Shown piece after piece: positions 59,869-64,000 of a stretch of 64,000 nt of DNA. This DNA comes from Macrostomum lignano (taxonomy: Eukaryota). How positions within the stretch are numbered: position 1 is the stretch's first letter; each line of letters begins with the position of its first letter. The notes below the pieces were generated by a model. The model did not search any database. It saw only the letters and a list, made by a program, of their open reading frames with translations, and had not been told where the DNA came from. Made by a program: the position numbers and the translations under genes. The DNA is taken from assembly GCA_002269645.1 (NCBI GenBank), contig NIVC01001531.1, positions 1-64,000 on the forward strand, written 5' to 3'.

Positions 59869-61216
59869 TTTTGCATAGATTAAAAAGAAAATGAAAGAAC
59901 CTGATTTAGGGCTGAAAAAAAGTAATTAACTTCAGAACTTTATAAAACATAATGACTATATCTTATAAATAAAAGATATACAATCAATAAAAAAATCTAA
60001 ACCTTTTGCTTTTTACAAAGACACTTTTTGTGACATTATGATACTTTTTGTAAAAAACTTGTTTTAAATAATAAAAATGCAATAAATCATTTCTTTATCT
60101 AAGTCTATATTCTTAATGTCATCCTGTCTTCCCGTGGGTTTATTGAATGCCAGTTCTCTGTTGAATTTGATAATTCTAATATATATCTTAAGAATGTTTC
60201 ACAAGGCTTTTCTTTAAAAAAAGTAATACCATTATAACATCTATTAAATGTCAAAAATCTTATCTGCCTTTATAAGACACATTATTTTTTCTTCCAATAT
60301 CTCTTGAAATTATGTGTTTAAAATTTCTGTAAAATATTTTGTTTATTTTGAAGAATAAACACAACTAAAGTAACTGTTTCTTATGAATTTATCTAAAAGA
60401 CAAATATATATTTTAGTAAACTGGGTGGCCATGGGATAGTTTATAAATGTATAGTTAAATGAAACTAATTCTCTTTATTGCAGACATTAGATACATTAGC
60501 TATGGCATAGAAATATTAAAATAATTATGAATCAAGCAAATTTTGAGTAGGCCCTATTAATAAAAATTCTAAGGTTCTAATGGTTTTATTACTTGGTAAT
60601 ATATATGTGTAAAAAACAAGTTTTAATAAAAAAAAGTTTTTTTATAAATCAATAAATATGTAACATTGCAATGCAAATAATATTATAACAGAACTGTTAC
60701 ATTTTTTATAAAAAAACTTTAAAGAAAACTTGACACTTAAAAATAGATTATTTTGTATCTTAAAAATGAAAAAATGTAAGTTCTACCATGAAGTCATAAA
60801 AAATTCAATATAATCAGTGATACAACCAGGAGTGACAGACCAAAGTAGCCATAGACCAATGTGGCCACAAGGCAAACCTATTTCTTATTGCTTTGAAGGG
60901 AAGGCTAAGAATAAGGTGAGGTATAGAAATGGAAACTTTTTCTCATCAATTCTTATCTTAACCTCTATAAGTCCATATCTTATTTGCCAAACTATCTAGT
61001 TTTAGATAGACCTAGCTTTTGAATAACCAATAGTAAATACTATATTATTGATAATTAGGTATGTATTTATTAATTGGGTCTATAGTCAAAGTTATACAAT
61101 CACAATCAATCACACAATACAATCACATTGGTCCTTTAACTTCTCTCTATATCCTAGTAGCTAGAATAGCCAATAATAATTTAGAGGTTAAAATTTGTTT
61201 CTCTTTAGGCCTATAT

Positions 61217-63767
61217 ACTAGCAATCTTTGCCCCCCGATAGGGGACATCTGGATAGAATCCTTGTTCTTTACAAATAACAAATAGACAGCAAAATAAAGC
61301 CTTCATAAAAAAACAACAGACATTCCCTCTTAAAAACAAAACATCCCAAGACAGCAAGCATCCTCAGACAGCATTCAAGCATTGATCCCCAAATAGCAAG
61401 CATCCCCCAGACTGCAAGCATCCCCCAGATAGCAAGCATCCCCCCAATAGAAAGCAACCCAAGATAGCAAGCATCCCCCAGATCGCAAGCATCCCCGAGA
61501 TAGCAAGCATCCCCAGATAACAAGCATTCCCCCAGACCCCAGATAGTAAGTGTCCCCCAGATAGCAAGCATCCCCCAGATAACAAGCATCCCCCAGATAG
61601 CAAGCATCCCCTCCCAGATAGCAAGCATCCCCTAGATAGCAAGCATCCCCCAGATCGCAAGCATCCCCTAGATAGCAAGCATCCCCAGATAGCAAGCATT
61701 CTCCCAGACCCCAGATAGTAAGCATCCCGCAGATAGCAAGCATCCCCCAGATAGCAAGCATCCCGCAGATAGCAAGCATCCCCCAGATAGCAAGCATCCC
61801 CCTAGATCGCAAGCATCCCCCAGACAGCAAGCAACCCCTGATAGCAAGCATAACCTGGATACAAATAGACCTTATAGATATCTTGCAACCCCCTCTCAGA
61901 TAGCAAGTACTCTCCACCCCCAAGAGCAAGCATCCCCCTGATAGCAAGTATCCATCCTTAAATAGCAAGCATCCACCAGAGAACAAGTAGCTAGTGCAAC
62001 AATTTCCTTAGCTTTATAATGGTTCCATTTTGTTTGGCATGCACTTCTTTTTATGTTTGAAATGGTGTCTCTTTTTGTTTAAAAATGTGGCTCTTTAATG
62101 TTTGACATGGTAGCTCTTCTATGTTTGACATAGTAGCTCTTTTGTGTTTGACATGATAGCTCTTTAATGTTTGACGTGGTGGCTCTTTTGTGTTTGACAT
62201 GATAGCTCTTTAATGTTTAACATTGTGGCTCTTCTATGTTTGGCATGGTAGCTCTTTAATGTTGACATGGTGGCTCTTCTATGTTTGACATGGTAGCTCT
62301 TTAATGTTTCACATGGTGGCTCTTTAATGTTTAACATGGTGGCTCTTTAATGTTCTTCATGATGTAGCTCTTTTATGTTACACATGGTGGCACTTTAATG
62401 TTCGACATGGTGGCTCTTTAATGTTTGACATTAAGTCATATATATGTTTGACATGGTGGCTCTTAAATGTTTGACATGGTGGCTCTTAAATGTTTGACAT
62501 GGTGGCTCTTTAATGTTCAACATTGTGGCTCTTTTATGTTTGACATGGTGGCTCTTAAATGTTTGACATGGTGGCTCTTAAATGTTTGACATGGTGGCTC
62601 TTAAATGTTTGACATGGTGGCTCTTTAATATTCTACATGGTGGCTCTTTTATGTTTGACATGGTGGCTCTTTAATGTTCTTCATGGTATAGCTCTTTTAT
62701 GGTAGACATGGTGGCTCTTTAATGTTCAACATAGTGGCTCTTTAATGTTCAAAATGGTGGCTCTTTAATATTTGACATAAAGTCACATATATGTTTGACA
62801 TGGTAGCTCCTAAATGTTTGACATGGTGGCTCTTTATGTTTGACATGGTGAATCTTTTTTGTTCTATATGGTAACTCTTTTATGTTTTATATGGTGGCTT
62901 TTTAATGTTTGACATGGTGGCTCTTTAATGTTTGAAATGGTGGCTCTTTTATATTTGACATGGTGGCTCTTTAATGTTTGACATGGTGGCTCCTAATTGT
63001 TTGACATGGTGGCTCTTCAATGTTCAAAATGGTGGCTCTTTAATGTTCGAAATGGTGGCTCTTTTATGTTTGACATTGTGGCTCTTAAATGTTTGACATG
63101 GTGGGTCTTTTATGTTTGACATGGTGGCTCTTCTATGTTTGACATTGCGCTTCTTTGATGTTTAGCAGTTTTATTGTGTTTTTAAGGTGTTTTAATAAAA
63201 AAATCTTTTTTGCACTACTAAGATTTGAACCCAGGTCGCTATATTGGCATTCCAGTCTGTTCGCATCAGGGCTATCTCTTTTCAATTGGAGAACATGAAT
63301 TGTGGCCCTTATAATTCAATTCTTACAGCAAGTCAATTGGAGAAAAAAGTTATGACATAATCAATTTCCCAGTTAGCCAGTATCAGTCTTACTTCAAGTT
63401 AGCAATATGGTTACGCAATTTAAATCATGTCGTGTGAGCATTTCTTCGGCACTGTTTTCAACTTGTTCGGAATCTTTATCGGAGTTGAAATTCAGTCAGT
63501 CAGTTTTTTCTCTAGCATTCTTACAATGCATTTCAGGTCGAAAGAGCTTCTTGACCTTTGCAGAAAAGCATGTTTTTCGAATATTTAATCCCTTTAACAT
63601 TGAGCAATTTCTTAGCCAAGATGCATGTACCGTCCCAGGAAAATTTCTGATCGAATGGTGCAAGTTTGAAGAAAATCGGTTGAGCCGTTTTTTCTGAAAT
63701 CTATTGCATAGCTACATACATACATACATACATACATACATACAAACAACTCATTTTTAGGATATAG
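61217..63767 (+). mobile_element. Non-autonomous Helitron/Helentron-like element, copy 2
   Basis: Same orientation, termini and internal order as 2634-5520, with different array lengths and scattered substitutions. Confidence 0.65.
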
Positions 63768-64000
63768 GAAGCTGATTTAGAACAATGCCTAGATACTATA
63801 GCTACTTTGGTATATGGCCACCTTAGACATGCGTATAACTGGGGCCTGGGGTATAGATAGGGACAATTGGCCTCACACTCTTGAATAGACTAGAAAAAAT
63901 CAAAGGCAACCAAGCAAATTGTTGTCAAAATATAGAGCTGCACTCCTTTTACTCTTTTGGGTTTTTATCTTTCAGAATCTACCCTCTCTCAACAAACTTT

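Noticed and set aside
61269-61986. GGCLLS/MLAIWG-repeat ORFs (also 2520-3018)
   Set aside because: 17-bp array translations.

Overview
Eukaryotic (animal) genomic DNA with GT-AG introns, GC-richer exons, AT-rich spacers and very dense minisatellites. No prokaryotic features and no CRISPR array. I assembled spliced gene models by hand and checked the reading frame across every junction. Left to right: the 5' end of a kinesin gene (minus strand, runs off the left edge); a transposon-rich spacer; then a plus-strand run of Bcl-2-family gene, MPV17, two small single-TM ORFs (76 aa and about 93-100 aa), MRPL51 and a MYORG-like GH31 glycosidase. These converge on a minus-strand pair, an intronless cystinosin (CTNS) and a 15-exon RNF123/KPC1. 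Mobile DNA: two hAT-type MITEs, two Mutator-type elements with 9-bp TSDs (one a foldback), a tRNA-derived SINE with TSD, a second tRNA-like head, and two copies of a 2.6-2.9 kb Helitron/DINE-like non-autonomous element. The most unusual signal is the block smORF-A / smORF-B / MRPL51 (/ MYORG). Strong 5' splice donors sit at the stop codons of the two small ORFs and a weaker one follows the MRPL51 stop, while acceptors sit just before the next start codon. This suggests a spliced polycistronic (operon-like) unit. Also notable: most long introns carry their own 16-56 bp minisatellite. Composition and architecture are compatible with a spiralian such as a free-living flatworm, but that is unverified inference. 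Repeat boundaries are approximate.
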